DNA of 63,959 nucleotides, the filler included, from Chthonomonadaceae bacterium (lineage in GTDB: Bacteria; Armatimonadota; Chthonomonadetes; Chthonomonadales; Chthonomonadaceae): NCBI GenBank assembly GCA_035650735.1. It is 7 parts of 7 records of this genome, joined end to end, with 100 filler letters (N's around TTAATTAATTAA, not from the genome) between each part and the next. Parts side by side here need not be neighbours in the genome. Positions count along the whole stretch, not along the records: positions 37,688 to 50,842 come from DASRGZ010000023.1; 6 more parts are not named here. The stretch is one strand, 5' to 3'. The position numbers and the translations under genes are program-made. This document shows, piece after piece, positions 37,688 to 47,069 of this stretch. Numbering within the stretch: the first letter of the stretch is position 1; every line of letters begins with the position of its first letter. The notes beneath the pieces were generated by a model. It ran no database searches, was not told where the DNA came from, and saw only the letters and a program-made list of their open reading frames with translations.

Positions 37688-38027
37688 CCTCGATCAGCTC
37701 TTTGACACGCTGTCCGCCCTTGTGACCGAGCTCGACATAGCCCTCATGACCCAGCTCTTCCTTGCGGGCCTCGCCGCCCATGCGGCCTAGCTCCACGTAG
37801 CCCTCATGGCCTAGCTCTTCCTTGCGGGCCTCGCCGCCCTTCTGACCGAGCTCCACATAGCCCTCATGGCCTAGCTCTTCCTTGCGGGCCTCGCCGCCCT
37901 TCTGACCGATCTCCTGATAAAATTCCGGTCCATACTTCTCGCTGGTGGTCTGGCCACCCTTGCGGCCAGCCTCCTGCACAGTCATCTGGCCTTCGTCTGC
38001 CTGGTCGCGTTTCTCATTCTCTGGCAT
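37688..38027 (-). CDS. Em/GsiB-like (KGG, LEA_5) stress hydrophilin with three 20-aa repeats, 3' truncated
   Basis: [11 protein letters not shown] followed by three [18 protein letters not shown](QK/RM/HK) units, seen as a 60-bp tandem DNA repeat. Confidence 0.9.
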
Positions 38028-38670
38028 GATCTTTCTCCTTAGGTGTTGGTGGATGGAAGACCAGGCATCCGTCTCCATCCTGGCCTTCGTCTTACCTGCA
38101 CTCCCAGAGATCGCGGCCTTTCCGCCCCCGATCCCCAGGTTTTCCTACTTACACGGATCGGCCCGCAGGAATCTGCGCTACCGAATCCCGGGATTGAGCC
38201 TGTTTAGGACGCTCCCACAGCCATTCCGGTTCCTGCATTTAATGGGACTGTCAAGAGCTAGTTCTGTCACAATATGCGAGGTTCGCGCGTTAGATCGGGG
38301 CCACAGGGCTGGCAGTATCGTACTTTCGATGCATTTTTTAATTGGGAATAGGTTCTAAGTACCGGCGGAAGCCTGGCCGGATTCAGGGGATAGCGCTCGT
38401 ATAGGACGCACCGCTTGTGATGCAAAACGCAAAAAAGAGCCGTAGAAATGCCTGTAAGCATCTCTACGGCCAAGAGAAAGGAAAGGACCGTTATGGCAGA
38501 CGAACAAGGTGAAAGCTGCTGTGCTCCTATTTTTATCAGAATGCCTATGTACTTTTCGCGATTGACTGCTCAGAATGTACGTTCAATTTTAAAGTGGATA
38601 GGGTGGATGCTTGCCGTGTGCTCTGCGGTGTGCAGTAGAAAATCCAATCGTAAGCGGGTGGCGGCTTGCG

Positions 38671-38780
38671 GTGGCAGCGAGCGCCTGACCGCCGGGACCA
38701 GGGAGAGGGCATCGGCGTCTCCCGTCGTATGGTCGTTGTTGATGTGGCAGCGAGCGCCTGACCGCCGGGACCAGGGAGAG
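38671..38780 (+). CRISPR. Orphan CRISPR-like mini-array: two identical 37-bp repeats and one 36-bp spacer
   Basis: GTGGCAGCGAGCGCCTGACCGCCGGGACCAGGGAGAG at 38671 and 38744 (identity extends 2 more nt); AT-richer leader-like sequence upstream; no cas gene on the contig. Confidence 0.5.
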
Positions 38781-38862
38781 GGGCCTCGTTTAGAGCTTCC
38801 TTACTCTCACCGGACTTAAATGCTAGACCGCCACCCCCAGGCGGCATATCGGGCCGTTACGC

Positions 38863-39078
38863 CTATTTGTTCTCTTGCTCGGCCTGCTTGCCTTCCTCGA
38901 TCAACTCTTTGACGCGCTGACCGCCCTTGTGGCCGCCCTTTTCGCCGCCCTTGTGGCCGATCTCCTCATAGAACTCGTGGCCATGGGTCTTGGCGGTCGT
39001 CTCGCCACCTTTGCGGCCGGCCTCCTGAACGGTCATGGTGCCTTCATCTTCCTGGTTGCGTTTCTCTTTCTCTGGCAT
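38863..39078 (-). CDS. KGG/GsiB-like general stress protein
   Basis: [11 protein letters not shown]...HGHEFYEEIGHKGG; AGGAG RBS. Confidence 0.9.
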   Translation of the reverse strand: MPEKEKRNQEDEGTMTVQEAGRKGGETTAKTHGHEFYEEIGHKGGEKGGHKGGQRVKELIEEGKQAEQENK

Positions 39079-39165
39079 GGGTGCTCTCCTTTTGGGCAGT
39101 AGCGAAGCCGAGGCTTACGAACCTCGGCTTCACTCAAATTACAGCAGAAATCGCGGGACGGAAGG

Positions 39166-39417
39166 CTACGAGCGCTCGCCTTTCTGCTCGGCCTGCTTGC
39201 CTTCCTCGATCAGCTCGCGGACGCGCTGTCCGCCCTTGTGACCGAGCTCGACATAGCCCTCATGACCCAACTCTTCCTTGCGAGCCTCGCCGCCCATGCG
39301 GCCAAGCTCCACGTAGCCCTCATGGCCCAGCTCTTCCTTACGGATTTCTCCGCCCATGCGGCCGGCTTCCTGGACCGTCATCGAGCCTTCATTTCGTTCC
39401 GTTCTATTTTCAGCCAT
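39166..39417 (-). CDS. Em/GsiB-like stress hydrophilin with two 20-aa repeats
   Basis: Two [14 protein letters not shown] units. Confidence 0.9.
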   Translation of the reverse strand: MAENRTERNEGSMTVQEAGRMGGEIRKEELGHEGYVELGRMGGEARKEELGHEGYVELGHKGGQRVRELIEEGKQAEQKGERS

Positions 39418-39737
39418 GATCGTTATCCTTTCTCATGACCTGTCCCGCCGCTGCCTTCGCAGCGGCGTTTCATGCCCGCGTCGCGGGTATGATTTAGATC
39501 GGCCCATTGGCACAGAAAGTCTCATACTTAAGTTTAGAATCGGCGGTGCCAAAAAGTTGTAAGCCTCGGTGTCCACACGGGCCGGTCCGCGCAAAAAGCT
39601 GGACGCCCTATTCCTCTATAACGCGCCACCGCCCGGCGGTTTTCCGTCTAAAGTTCCCCTTCTTCCTCCCCGAAAATAGAGCAGCAACACGGAGCGTCTC
39701 TGCATTACCGCCGCCCGCAACATGGAGGAAGAAGAGT

Positions 39738-40202
39738 ATGGTCGCTGCTGCCGAGGTCGCCGTGCGCGAACAACAGTTGGTGGCGTTTTGTCTGGCGAAC
39801 GAGATTTATAGCATTGACATAGCCCTGATCAACGAGATCATCCGACTGCAGGAAATCACACAGATCCCGCGTACCTCCCCGGACATCGAGGGTGTTATCA
39901 ACCTGCGCGGCAAGATTGTGCCGATCCTGGACCTGCGCAGGCGTCTGGGATTACCTGCCGCCGAGCCCACGGCCACAACGCGCATCATCGTCGTCGAGAT
40001 CGCCGATTGTACGGTCGGGCTGATCGTGGATAGCGTCACCGGCGTGCTGCGCCTGCCCGAATCGAACATCGAACCGCCCTCGGAGCTTGTCAGCGATCTC
40101 AACGCCGACTACATTCGCGGAGTCGGCAAGACCGAGAGCGCCCTGATCCTCCTGCTGGATATGCCCAGGGTGCTGCATATCCAGCCCAAAGCAAGCCTAT
40201 GA
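39738..40202 (+). CDS. cheW: Chemotaxis coupling protein CheW
   Basis: QLVAF.L..E.Y, GVINLRGKIVPILDLR, GLIVDSV. Confidence 0.95.
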   Translation: MVAAAEVAVREQQLVAFCLANEIYSIDIALINEIIRLQEITQIPRTSPDIEGVINLRGKIVPILDLRRRLGLPAAEPTATTRIIVVEIADCTVGLIVDSVTGVLRLPESNIEPPSELVSDLNADYIRGVGKTESALILLLDMPRVLHIQPKASL

Positions 40203-42481
40203 ACGAGGATATGAGCCAGTACCTAGGCGTGTTCCTGGATGAGTCCAGCGAGCAGCTGGAACTGCTGGAACAGGACATACTCAAGCTGGAACAGGAGCCT
40301 TCCCAGGAACTGCTTCAGGAGATCTTTCGCGCCGCGCACACGCTCAAAGGCTCGTCCCGCGCGATGGGCTTCACGGCCATGGGCGAGCTGACGCACGCGA
40401 TAGAGGATGTCTTTGATAGGCTGCGTCAGGACACGCTGACGGTCCATGGCGAGCTGATTGACGCCCTGTTTGAGGGGCTGGATGCGCTCAAGGCGATGCA
40501 GGCCGAGATCGCGGCCACCGGCGCCAGCTCTCTGGATACCGCCGCGCAGACAGCGCGCCTGCGCGCCGTCTTAGAGGGACAGCCTGCCGTCGGCAGCACG
40601 CCTGCGGAGACACCCGCCGCCATGCCCGATTCGACGGAGAATGTCGCTTTCAAAACGGCGCTCTCCGCCACGGAACAAGAAGCGGTGCAGGCGGCGATAG
40701 CGGCCAACTGCGCGATCTTCGGCCTGAAGGTTGAGGTTGCCCCGGACTGCGTCATGAAATCCGTGCGCGCCCTGATGGTGCTGCAGGCGCTGGAGCAGGT
40801 CGGCTCCGTACTGGCGACAACGCCCGGCGAGGAGGCCCTGGAGAACGAGGCGTTCGAGCACGAATTTGAGGTGGTGCTGGCGACCCCACAGGATGCGGAG
40901 ACGGTGCGCGCGGCGGCAAGCGGCATAACCGAGATACGCGCGGTAACCGTGCAGCCCTGGCCGCAAGCCGAGACGCCGGCGGCGGCAGAGGCGCCGCCGG
41001 CCGCGGCGGAACTGTCCGCGCTTCCCCCGCCGCAGCCGGAGCCGGATCGGCCCGTCCGAGAAGAACAACGCCGCGCGGACCTCGGACCGGAAGCGCGCGG
41101 CAGGTCGCCTGAAGAGCTGCACAAGCTGGTGGCGGAGAAGAAAGGCGGGGCGCAGGCCCAGACCGTGCGCGTGGATGTGACCCGGCTAGATACGCTGCTG
41201 AACCTGGTCGGCGAGCTGGTGATCGACCGCACGCGCATCGCCCGGCTCAGCGACCGGTTCGAGCAGGCGTACGAGTTCAATGAGCTGGTGGAGAGCCTGA
41301 ACGAGACCGCCGCGCACATCGGGCGCATCACCGACGAGCTTCAAGAAGAGATCATGAAGGCGCGGATGCTGCCCATAGATAATGTGTTCAACCGATTTCC
41401 GCGCATGGTCCGGGACCTGGCCCAGAAGCTAGGCAAAGAGATTCAATTCAACCTCGAAGGCAAAGAGACGGAACTGGATCGCTCCGTTATCGAGGTCATC
41501 GGCGACCCGCTGCTCCACATGCTGCGCAACAGCGTGGATCACGGCATTGAAATGCCCGACGACCGCGAGAAGGCGGGCAAGCCGCGCGCCGGCATCGTCC
41601 GGCTGCGCGCCTGGCACGAGGAGAACCACATCGTCATCGAGATTCAGGATGATGGCAAGGGCATGGATCCGGAGAGGCTGCGCGCCAAAGCGGTCGAGAA
41701 GGGGCTGCTCACACCGGAGACCGCCGGTCGGCTGACCGATAAGGAGGCGATTCAGCTGATTTTCACGCCGGGCTTCTCGACGGCGCAGGTCGTCTCCGAT
41801 GTCTCGGGGCGCGGCGTCGGCATGGACATCGTCAAGAGCAACTTGCAGCGGCTGGGCGCTATCCTGGACGTGGACAGCAAGGTCGGGCTTGGCTCGACGT
41901 TTACCATCAAGCTGCCGCTGACGCTGGCGATCATTCGTGGGCTGCTGGTGACGGTGCGCGAGTGCGTCTATGCGCTGCCGCTGAGCGCCGTCGTCGAAAC
42001 CATCAAGGTGGAGATGGAGAGCGTTCACCTGGTCAACCACCGCGAGGTCATCCTGCAGCGAGGCAGGATGCTGCCCATCGTGCGCCTGCGGGACATCTTC
42101 CACCTGCATGCGGCCATGACGCCCGCCGAGCGCGCGCTGACGCGGCAGGCTCCCGCCTCGGAGACGCGCGGCGAAGCACCGGAAACGGCCCTGGAAGACT
42201 CGGAGGCCCCGCTCTGCGCATCGGGAGAAACCCGAGGCCAGCCCGGGAATACGCTCTACCTGGTCGTCGTTGGCCTGGCGGATAAGCGGATAGGGCTAGT
42301 CGTGGATGGGCTTATCGGTGAGCAGGAGATCGTGATTAAATCGCTGGGCAAATTCTTGGGAGACATCAAAGGCATTTCCGGCGCGACCATCCTGGGCGAT
42401 GGCCGCGTCGCCCTGATTGTGGATGTAAACGGACTTATCAGTATTGCTCTGGAGGAGAAAGGAAAGGCATATGCCGCCTGA
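40199..42481 (+). CDS. cheA: Chemotaxis histidine kinase CheA
   Basis: IFRAAHTLKGSS (Hpt), P2 domain, LRNSVDHGIE, DVSGRGVGMD, C-terminal CheW domain. Confidence 0.97.
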   Translation: MNEDMSQYLGVFLDESSEQLELLEQDILKLEQEPSQELLQEIFRAAHTLKGSSRAMGFTAMGELTHAIEDVFDRLRQDTLTVHGELIDALFEGLDALKAMQAEIAATGASSLDTAAQTARLRAVLEGQPAVGSTPAETPAAMPDSTENVAFKTALSATEQEAVQAAIAANCAIFGLKVEVAPDCVMKSVRALMVLQALEQVGSVLATTPGEEALENEAFEHEFEVVLATPQDAETVRAAASGITEIRAVTVQPWPQAETPAAAEAPPAAAELSALPPPQPEPDRPVREEQRRADLGPEARGRSPEELHKLVAEKKGGAQAQTVRVDVTRLDTLLNLVGELVIDRTRIARLSDRFEQAYEFNELVESLNETAAHIGRITDELQEEIMKARMLPIDNVFNRFPRMVRDLAQKLGKEIQFNLEGKETELDRSVIEVIGDPLLHMLRNSVDHGIEMPDDREKAGKPRAGIVRLRAWHEENHIVIEIQDDGKGMDPERLRAKAVEKGLLTPETAGRLTDKEAIQLIFTPGFSTAQVVSDVSGRGVGMDIVKSNLQRLGAILDVDSKVGLGSTFTIKLPLTLAIIRGLLVTVRECVYALPLSAVVETIKVEMESVHLVNHREVILQRGRMLPIVRLRDIFHLHAAMTPAERALTRQAPASETRGEAPETALEDSEAPLCASGETRGQPGNTLYLVVVGLADKRIGLVVDGLIGEQEIVIKSLGKFLGDIKGISGATILGDGRVALIVDVNGLISIALEEKGKAYAA

Positions 42482-43373
42482 TGTAAAATCCATTCGTATA
42501 GATCGCGCCGTCTTTCAACAGACCCTGGAGAAGAAGCTGGCGGACCTTCCCCCTCTTCCGCTCGTCGTGACCCGGATCATGGAGACGGTCAACAGCCCGG
42601 ATACCTCGGCTGCCGATCTGAATCGGCTGATCGCTATGGATCAGGGCCTCTCCTCGAAGGTGCTGCGTATCGTCAACTCGGCCTACTACGGGTTTCCGAA
42701 GCGCATCAGCACCATCACGCACGCGGTCGTTATCCTGGGCTTCAATACCGTCCGCAATCTGGTGCTGGGCGTATCGGCCTTCGGGCTGCTGGCGCAGAAG
42801 AGCATTCCCTACGGGCTGAACCGGACGAAGTTCTGGGAGCATTCGGTGGCGACGGCGGTTGCCGGAAGCATTCTGGCCAAGAAGCGGCTGACGAAAATGC
42901 GCACGGCGCCGGAGGAGGCGTTCATCGGCGGTCTGCTGCATGACATCGGCACGCTGTTTCTGGACAGCTACTTCCCGGTGCAGTATGCGGTGGCGATGGC
43001 GTTTGCGGCGCGCGAAACCAAGACAAGCTGGGAGGCGGAGAACATGGTGCTGGGGATCGACCATGTGACCGTCGGGCGGCGGATCGCCGAGCACTGGAAC
43101 TTTCCGCCGCATCTGACCGCCATGATCGCCGGCCATCACGAGCCGACGCGCCAGAAGGAGCATTTTGAGATGGCTGCGGTCATTCACGTCGCCGATTGGC
43201 TGGCCTGGCAGGCGGGATTCATCGCCTCCGAACACACCGCCACCAACGATCTCATGCCGGAAGTGGCGGAGTGGCTGGGCTTTGATGAGGAGACGCTAGA
43301 CTGGGCCAAACAGGAGCTGCTAACGCAGTTCAAAGCCTGCGAAGACCTGCTCCGGATCGCCCGGGACGGTTAG
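42471..43373 (+). CDS. HDOD domain protein
   Basis: LPPLP, DQGLSSKVLRIVNSAYYG, FWEHSV, GLLHDIG, HH.P. Confidence 0.93.
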   Translation: MPPDVKSIRIDRAVFQQTLEKKLADLPPLPLVVTRIMETVNSPDTSAADLNRLIAMDQGLSSKVLRIVNSAYYGFPKRISTITHAVVILGFNTVRNLVLGVSAFGLLAQKSIPYGLNRTKFWEHSVATAVAGSILAKKRLTKMRTAPEEAFIGGLLHDIGTLFLDSYFPVQYAVAMAFAARETKTSWEAENMVLGIDHVTVGRRIAEHWNFPPHLTAMIAGHHEPTRQKEHFEMAAVIHVADWLAWQAGFIASEHTATNDLMPEVAEWLGFDEETLDWAKQELLTQFKACEDLLRIARDG

Positions 43374-43380
43374 CGAAAAT

Positions 43381-43493
43381 AAGGATGAAGGCAGAAAGAG
43401 GAAGGAGGAAGAAAGCAAACGCTCTTTTCTCCTTCCTCTTTTTATGTCCAATAGCGCCTGCATTCCATCCGCTAAGGACTTTCCTTCATCCTT
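43381..43493. terminator. Nested purine/pyrimidine inverted repeats between convergent genes (probable bidirectional terminator)
   Basis: AAGGATGAAGG 43381-91 / CCTTCATCCTT 43483-93; AAAGAGGAAGGAG 43395-407 / CTCCTTCCTCTTT 43429-441. Confidence 0.65.
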
Positions 43494-44067
43494 CTTCCTT
43501 GCGTGGAGTCGTCAGGAAGTTGCGGAGCAAGTCCTTGCCGCTTTTGGTGAGGGCCGATTCGGGATGGAACTGGACGCCCTCGACGGGATAGGTCGTGTGC
43601 CGCACGCCCATGACCTCGCCCTGGTCTGTCTCCGCCGTGATCTCAAGGCAGTCCGGCATAGTTTCGCGCCGGATGACCAGCGAATGGTAGCGCGTGGCCT
43701 CGAAGGGATTGGGCAAGCCGTGAAAGACGCCCTGCCCGGTGTGCTTGATCAGCGAGGTCTTGCCGTGCATGATGCGGACATTGCGGACGACCTCCCCACC
43801 GAACGCCGCCCCGATGCACTGATGCCCCAGGCAGACTCCCAGGATGGGGACTTGCCCGGCAAAGCGCCGGATGAGCGGCACGCAGATCCCGGCCTCGTTG
43901 GGCGTGCAGGGACCGGGCGAGATCAGGATGCGCTCCGGGCGCAGGGCCGCAATCTCCTCCAGGGTGACTTTGTCGTTGCGGCGTACCTGCACCTCCGCCC
44001 CTAATTCTCCCAGGTATTGCACCAGGTTATAGGTAAAGCTATCGTAGTTATCAATAACCAGTATCAC
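43486..44067 (-). CDS. trpG: Anthranilate/aminodeoxychorismate synthase component II (TrpG/PabA)
   Basis: [37 protein letters not shown] start. Confidence 0.93.
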   Translation of the reverse strand: MILVIDNYDSFTYNLVQYLGELGAEVQVRRNDKVTLEEIAALRPERILISPGPCTPNEAGICVPLIRRFAGQVPILGVCLGHQCIGAAFGGEVVRNVRIMHGKTSLIKHTGQGVFHGLPNPFEATRYHSLVIRRETMPDCLEITAETDQGEVMGVRHTTYPVEGVQFHPESALTKSGKDLLRNFLTTPRKEEG

Positions 44068-44172
44068 AGCGGTTCCACTTCCTTCCAAACGCAAATCGGT
44101 TGCGCCCTCGCAATGAGGATAGATTAAAGGAGCAGGCTAGGCGGTTCCATTTCCTCCGTGCTGGAGAGTTGG

Positions 44173-44832
44173 TTACTCCTCAGCGGTTGGAGAGAGCAGC
44201 GCCGTAAGCGTGTCGAGCATGTTCGGGCGCGGGTCTTGAAAAAGCCACTCCACTTGAATCTCAAAACCGGCGACGGCTTCCGAGGCCAGCGTTCCCGTCG
44301 TTAACTCTGCCTCCTCGTAATCGGCAGCCTGCCTGCGCAGGACGCGCACCCGCTTTCTCTGCGGATCGATAAACCATATCTCCTTCACGTTGACGCTGCG
44401 ATAATCCGTCTCCAGCGAGATTATATCAGAAGGCTTGTCGTTGGGCGAGGCGATCTCTAGGACAAGGTCGGGCGGGCCGTAGACCCCTTTCTGCTGTACG
44501 ATCTCCATCCGCTCCTGGCGTACAAACAGGATGTCGGGCAACCGCCCTCCAAAAGGGCCGATCTCTACCGCTGTACGCGACCCTAGAACGATACCCAGGC
44601 CGTTTTGCTGCACGTAGCCGTACAGGAGCCATATTAGCCAGCCGAACAGCAACTCATGGTCTAATGGCTGCGCTTCTATCCTCTCCACCATCACCCCGTC
44701 CACGAGTTCCCTGTCCGTGCCGTTCGACAGTTCTAGAAACGCTTCGAAAGGAAGGGGACGTTCCGAGAACCAGACTACACGCCCCTCTACGGCTTTCTCC
44801 AGGATAGTTCCCGCCATTTTCTTACTTTCCAT
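44173..44832 (-). CDS. Uma2 (DUF820) family endonuclease
   Basis: ELVDGVMV, PDILFV, PDLVLEIASP, WFIDP. Confidence 0.88.
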   Translation of the reverse strand: MESKKMAGTILEKAVEGRVVWFSERPLPFEAFLELSNGTDRELVDGVMVERIEAQPLDHELLFGWLIWLLYGYVQQNGLGIVLGSRTAVEIGPFGGRLPDILFVRQERMEIVQQKGVYGPPDLVLEIASPNDKPSDIISLETDYRSVNVKEIWFIDPQRKRVRVLRRQAADYEEAELTTGTLASEAVAGFEIQVEWLFQDPRPNMLDTLTALLSPTAEE

Positions 44833-44894
44833 CGCCTGCCGCCGCACAGCATTCTTTCCATGGCATGGTACCCGGTCAGGCCCATCGGGGCCGG

Positions 44895-46019
44895 TCACGC
44901 AGCCTTTTCTCCTGCCTCTGGAGTGCGGACCTCTTTGGCGCGCAGTCGCAGCGTTCGGCGCGTCTTTTCTATCTCCTCTTCCAGACGGGCCGGATCGGGC
45001 AGGGCCATCCGGTACTCTGCCGCCATCACCTTGTTCACCAGGTTGCCCAGCGCATAATGGGCGACCGCCGCATCTCGCTTCGAGCACAGAATGAGGCCGA
45101 CCGGCGGGTTCTCACCGGGCAACGTCAGATGCTCGGCGGCATAGTTGACATAGAGATTCATCTGGCCGGCGTCGGCGTGGGTGAACTCCCCGACCTTCAG
45201 GTCCACAATGACCAGGCAGCGCAGCCGCCGATGAAACAGCAGCAGATCCATGCGGTACCAGGCGTCCCCGATGGCGATGCGCTTTTGCCGGGCCACGAAC
45301 GCGAAGTCGCTGCCCAGTTCGAGCAGGAAGCTTTCCAGGTGCCGGATCAGCGCCTCCTCGCATTCGGTCTCGGAATACTCGTCCTTGAGCCCCAGGAACT
45401 CCAGCACATACGGGTCTTTGATCTCCTCCTCGGCGGTCAGGGCATCTTCCGGGCGGGCCTGCGCACCCTGGACCCGCATGGCGGCCTTGCTGCGCGACAG
45501 CGCCGTCCGCTCGTAGTACAGGGAGTTGATCTGGCGGCTGAGCTGCCGCAGCGACCAGCCGCCGCGCAGAGCCTCGGACTCGTAGAACTGGCGGGCTTCT
45601 GGGTCGCGGACGGAAAGCAGCTTGACGTAATGGGACCAGGAGAGCGGGAAGATGGAGGCGAGCGCCTTCGGGTCAGATTGTGCAGACGGTGTCTGCACAA
45701 TTCCAGGATAAGCCAGGTAGAAGGAGCGCATCAGGAACAGGTTGCGCCGTCCAAAGCCGCGCCCAAAGCGCGGCTTCAGGTCTTTGGCCAGGCGGTCTAT
45801 GACCTGATCGCCGTATTCGGCTTTATGACTGCCGCCCTGCTCAAACTCGACGATGCGCCGCCCGATCTCCCAATAGGTCGCGGTGAGGATGGCGTTGAGG
45901 GACTGGGCGACCTGCCGCCGGGCGTTTTCCAGCAGCGCGGCAATGCTGGAGACAAAGGCGGCGTAGTCGCTTGCCGAAAGCGCCAGAGCCCCACTCTTTG
46001 CTTTATGTCTAGCGCTCAT
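44895..46019 (-). CDS. YhcG/DUF1016 PD-(D/E)XK nuclease domain protein
   Basis: YWEIGRRIVE, LSWSHY, IKDPYVLEFLGL, FLLELG, DAGQMNLY, VGLILC. Confidence 0.93.
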   Translation of the reverse strand: MSARHKAKSGALALSASDYAAFVSSIAALLENARRQVAQSLNAILTATYWEIGRRIVEFEQGGSHKAEYGDQVIDRLAKDLKPRFGRGFGRRNLFLMRSFYLAYPGIVQTPSAQSDPKALASIFPLSWSHYVKLLSVRDPEARQFYESEALRGGWSLRQLSRQINSLYYERTALSRSKAAMRVQGAQARPEDALTAEEEIKDPYVLEFLGLKDEYSETECEEALIRHLESFLLELGSDFAFVARQKRIAIGDAWYRMDLLLFHRRLRCLVIVDLKVGEFTHADAGQMNLYVNYAAEHLTLPGENPPVGLILCSKRDAAVAHYALGNLVNKVMAAEYRMALPDPARLEEEIEKTRRTLRLRAKEVRTPEAGEKAA

Positions 46020-46245
46020 TCTCGCATCCTTCTCCCGTGGCAGGAACCTTCCGTTGGGGCCGGATAGGGGAAGTATCCGTCTGGGGGGCCGACGGCCAAG
46101 CGTCCTTGTATGCGTTACAATCTCATGGACGCGAAATGCATAGAGAACGGGATAGCCCTGGTTCCACATGGAACCTGGCAGGCGGCTGCTATAGGCGCGG
46201 TTCGGGGCGGCGTCTCAAGTCGCAGCCGTCTCCAACGCGGCGCGC

Positions 46246-46482
46246 TTAGTGTTCCTCTTCGTCTTCGTCGCCGGGATGGTGGTCATGCCGGGGGATTTGA
46301 GCGTGCGAGCCGGGGCGCGTGTAGGGCGCGGCCAGAGTGCGGTACTCGGCGTTGAGCCGGTCCAACTGCGCGCGCAGCGTGGCGCGGCGATAGAGCTGCC
46401 AACCGACCAGAGAGAGGGCGAGCAGCGCGCAGATCAGCGGGCAGAGCAGGGTCAGCCGGCGCATAGTCTGGATATTCTTCAT
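46246..46482 (-). CDS. Small membrane protein with a His/acidic tail
   Basis: TM segment, coiled coil, HDHHPGDEDEEEH; ATGA overlap with the upstream gene. Confidence 0.65.
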   Translation of the reverse strand: MKNIQTMRRLTLLCPLICALLALSLVGWQLYRRATLRAQLDRLNAEYRTLAAPYTRPGSHAQIPRHDHHPGDEDEEEH

Positions 46483-46679
46483 CGCCGAGCCTCCTGCGCT
46501 TTATGGTGGGCAATATAGAATTTGAGGAGCTCAAGATTGAGCTGGGCGTGCTCAATCTGATGGTGGATCGCATCGGCCTCTTCGCCGATGCGCCAGTTCA
46601 GCACTCCCGCCACCGCCACCATGAGGATGGAGAGCAGCAGCGCCACGCTTAATCGGTTCCGAACCTTGGCTTCCTGCAT
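46479..46679 (-). CDS. Small membrane protein
   Basis: GAGGG RBS, TM segment, directly downstream of darA. Confidence 0.6.
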   Translation of the reverse strand: MQEAKVRNRLSVALLLSILMVAVAGVLNWRIGEEADAIHHQIEHAQLNLELLKFYIAHHKAQEARR

Positions 46680-46694
46680 GGTCCCTCGGTATTG

Positions 46695-47024
46695 CTAGAA
46701 ACGCTCAAAGCGCTCCACATCCATGACAAAACAGACGGCGCCGCCGACCAGCACCTTGACGGGGCTGGGCATGAAGGTTCCGACCGGGGCGGCATCCGGC
46801 GGAAGGACGTTGACGAACTGCTCGCGCGTCTTGCAGCTATCGCTGATGACCTGTATCAGCCGATCCACCTCTTGGGCCTCCACGCCGATGAGCAGGGTCA
46901 CGTTCCCTTCGCGCAGAAAGCCGCCGGTACTGCCGATCTTGGTGAACTTAAAGCCGTTGCGCAGCAGCGCCTCGGTAATCTTGTTCTTGTCCCGGTCATG
47001 CACAACCGTAATGACCAGCTTCAT
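46695..47024 (-). CDS. darA: Cyclic di-AMP receptor, PII-like (DarA/PstA/YaaQ)
   Basis: MKLVITVV...TKIGSTGGFLREGNVTLLIG...VGGAVCFV; follows tmk. Confidence 0.9.
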   Translation of the reverse strand: MKLVITVVHDRDKNKITEALLRNGFKFTKIGSTGGFLREGNVTLLIGVEAQEVDRLIQVISDSCKTREQFVNVLPPDAAPVGTFMPSPVKVLVGGAVCFVMDVERFERF

Positions 47025-47069
47025 TGTTACTACCTTTCCATTGTTGGGGCAGCGTGCTTATCCCTGATT

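Noticed and set aside
37700..37910. 60-bp tandem repeat as CRISPR or non-coding VNTR
   Set aside because: It is in-frame coding sequence for the 20-aa Em-like motif.
38810..38846. Possible degenerate third CRISPR repeat (GACCGCC...CCAGG)
   Set aside because: Low identity and off-period spacing; better explained as a CCGCC/GGCGG hairpin after the KGG gene.
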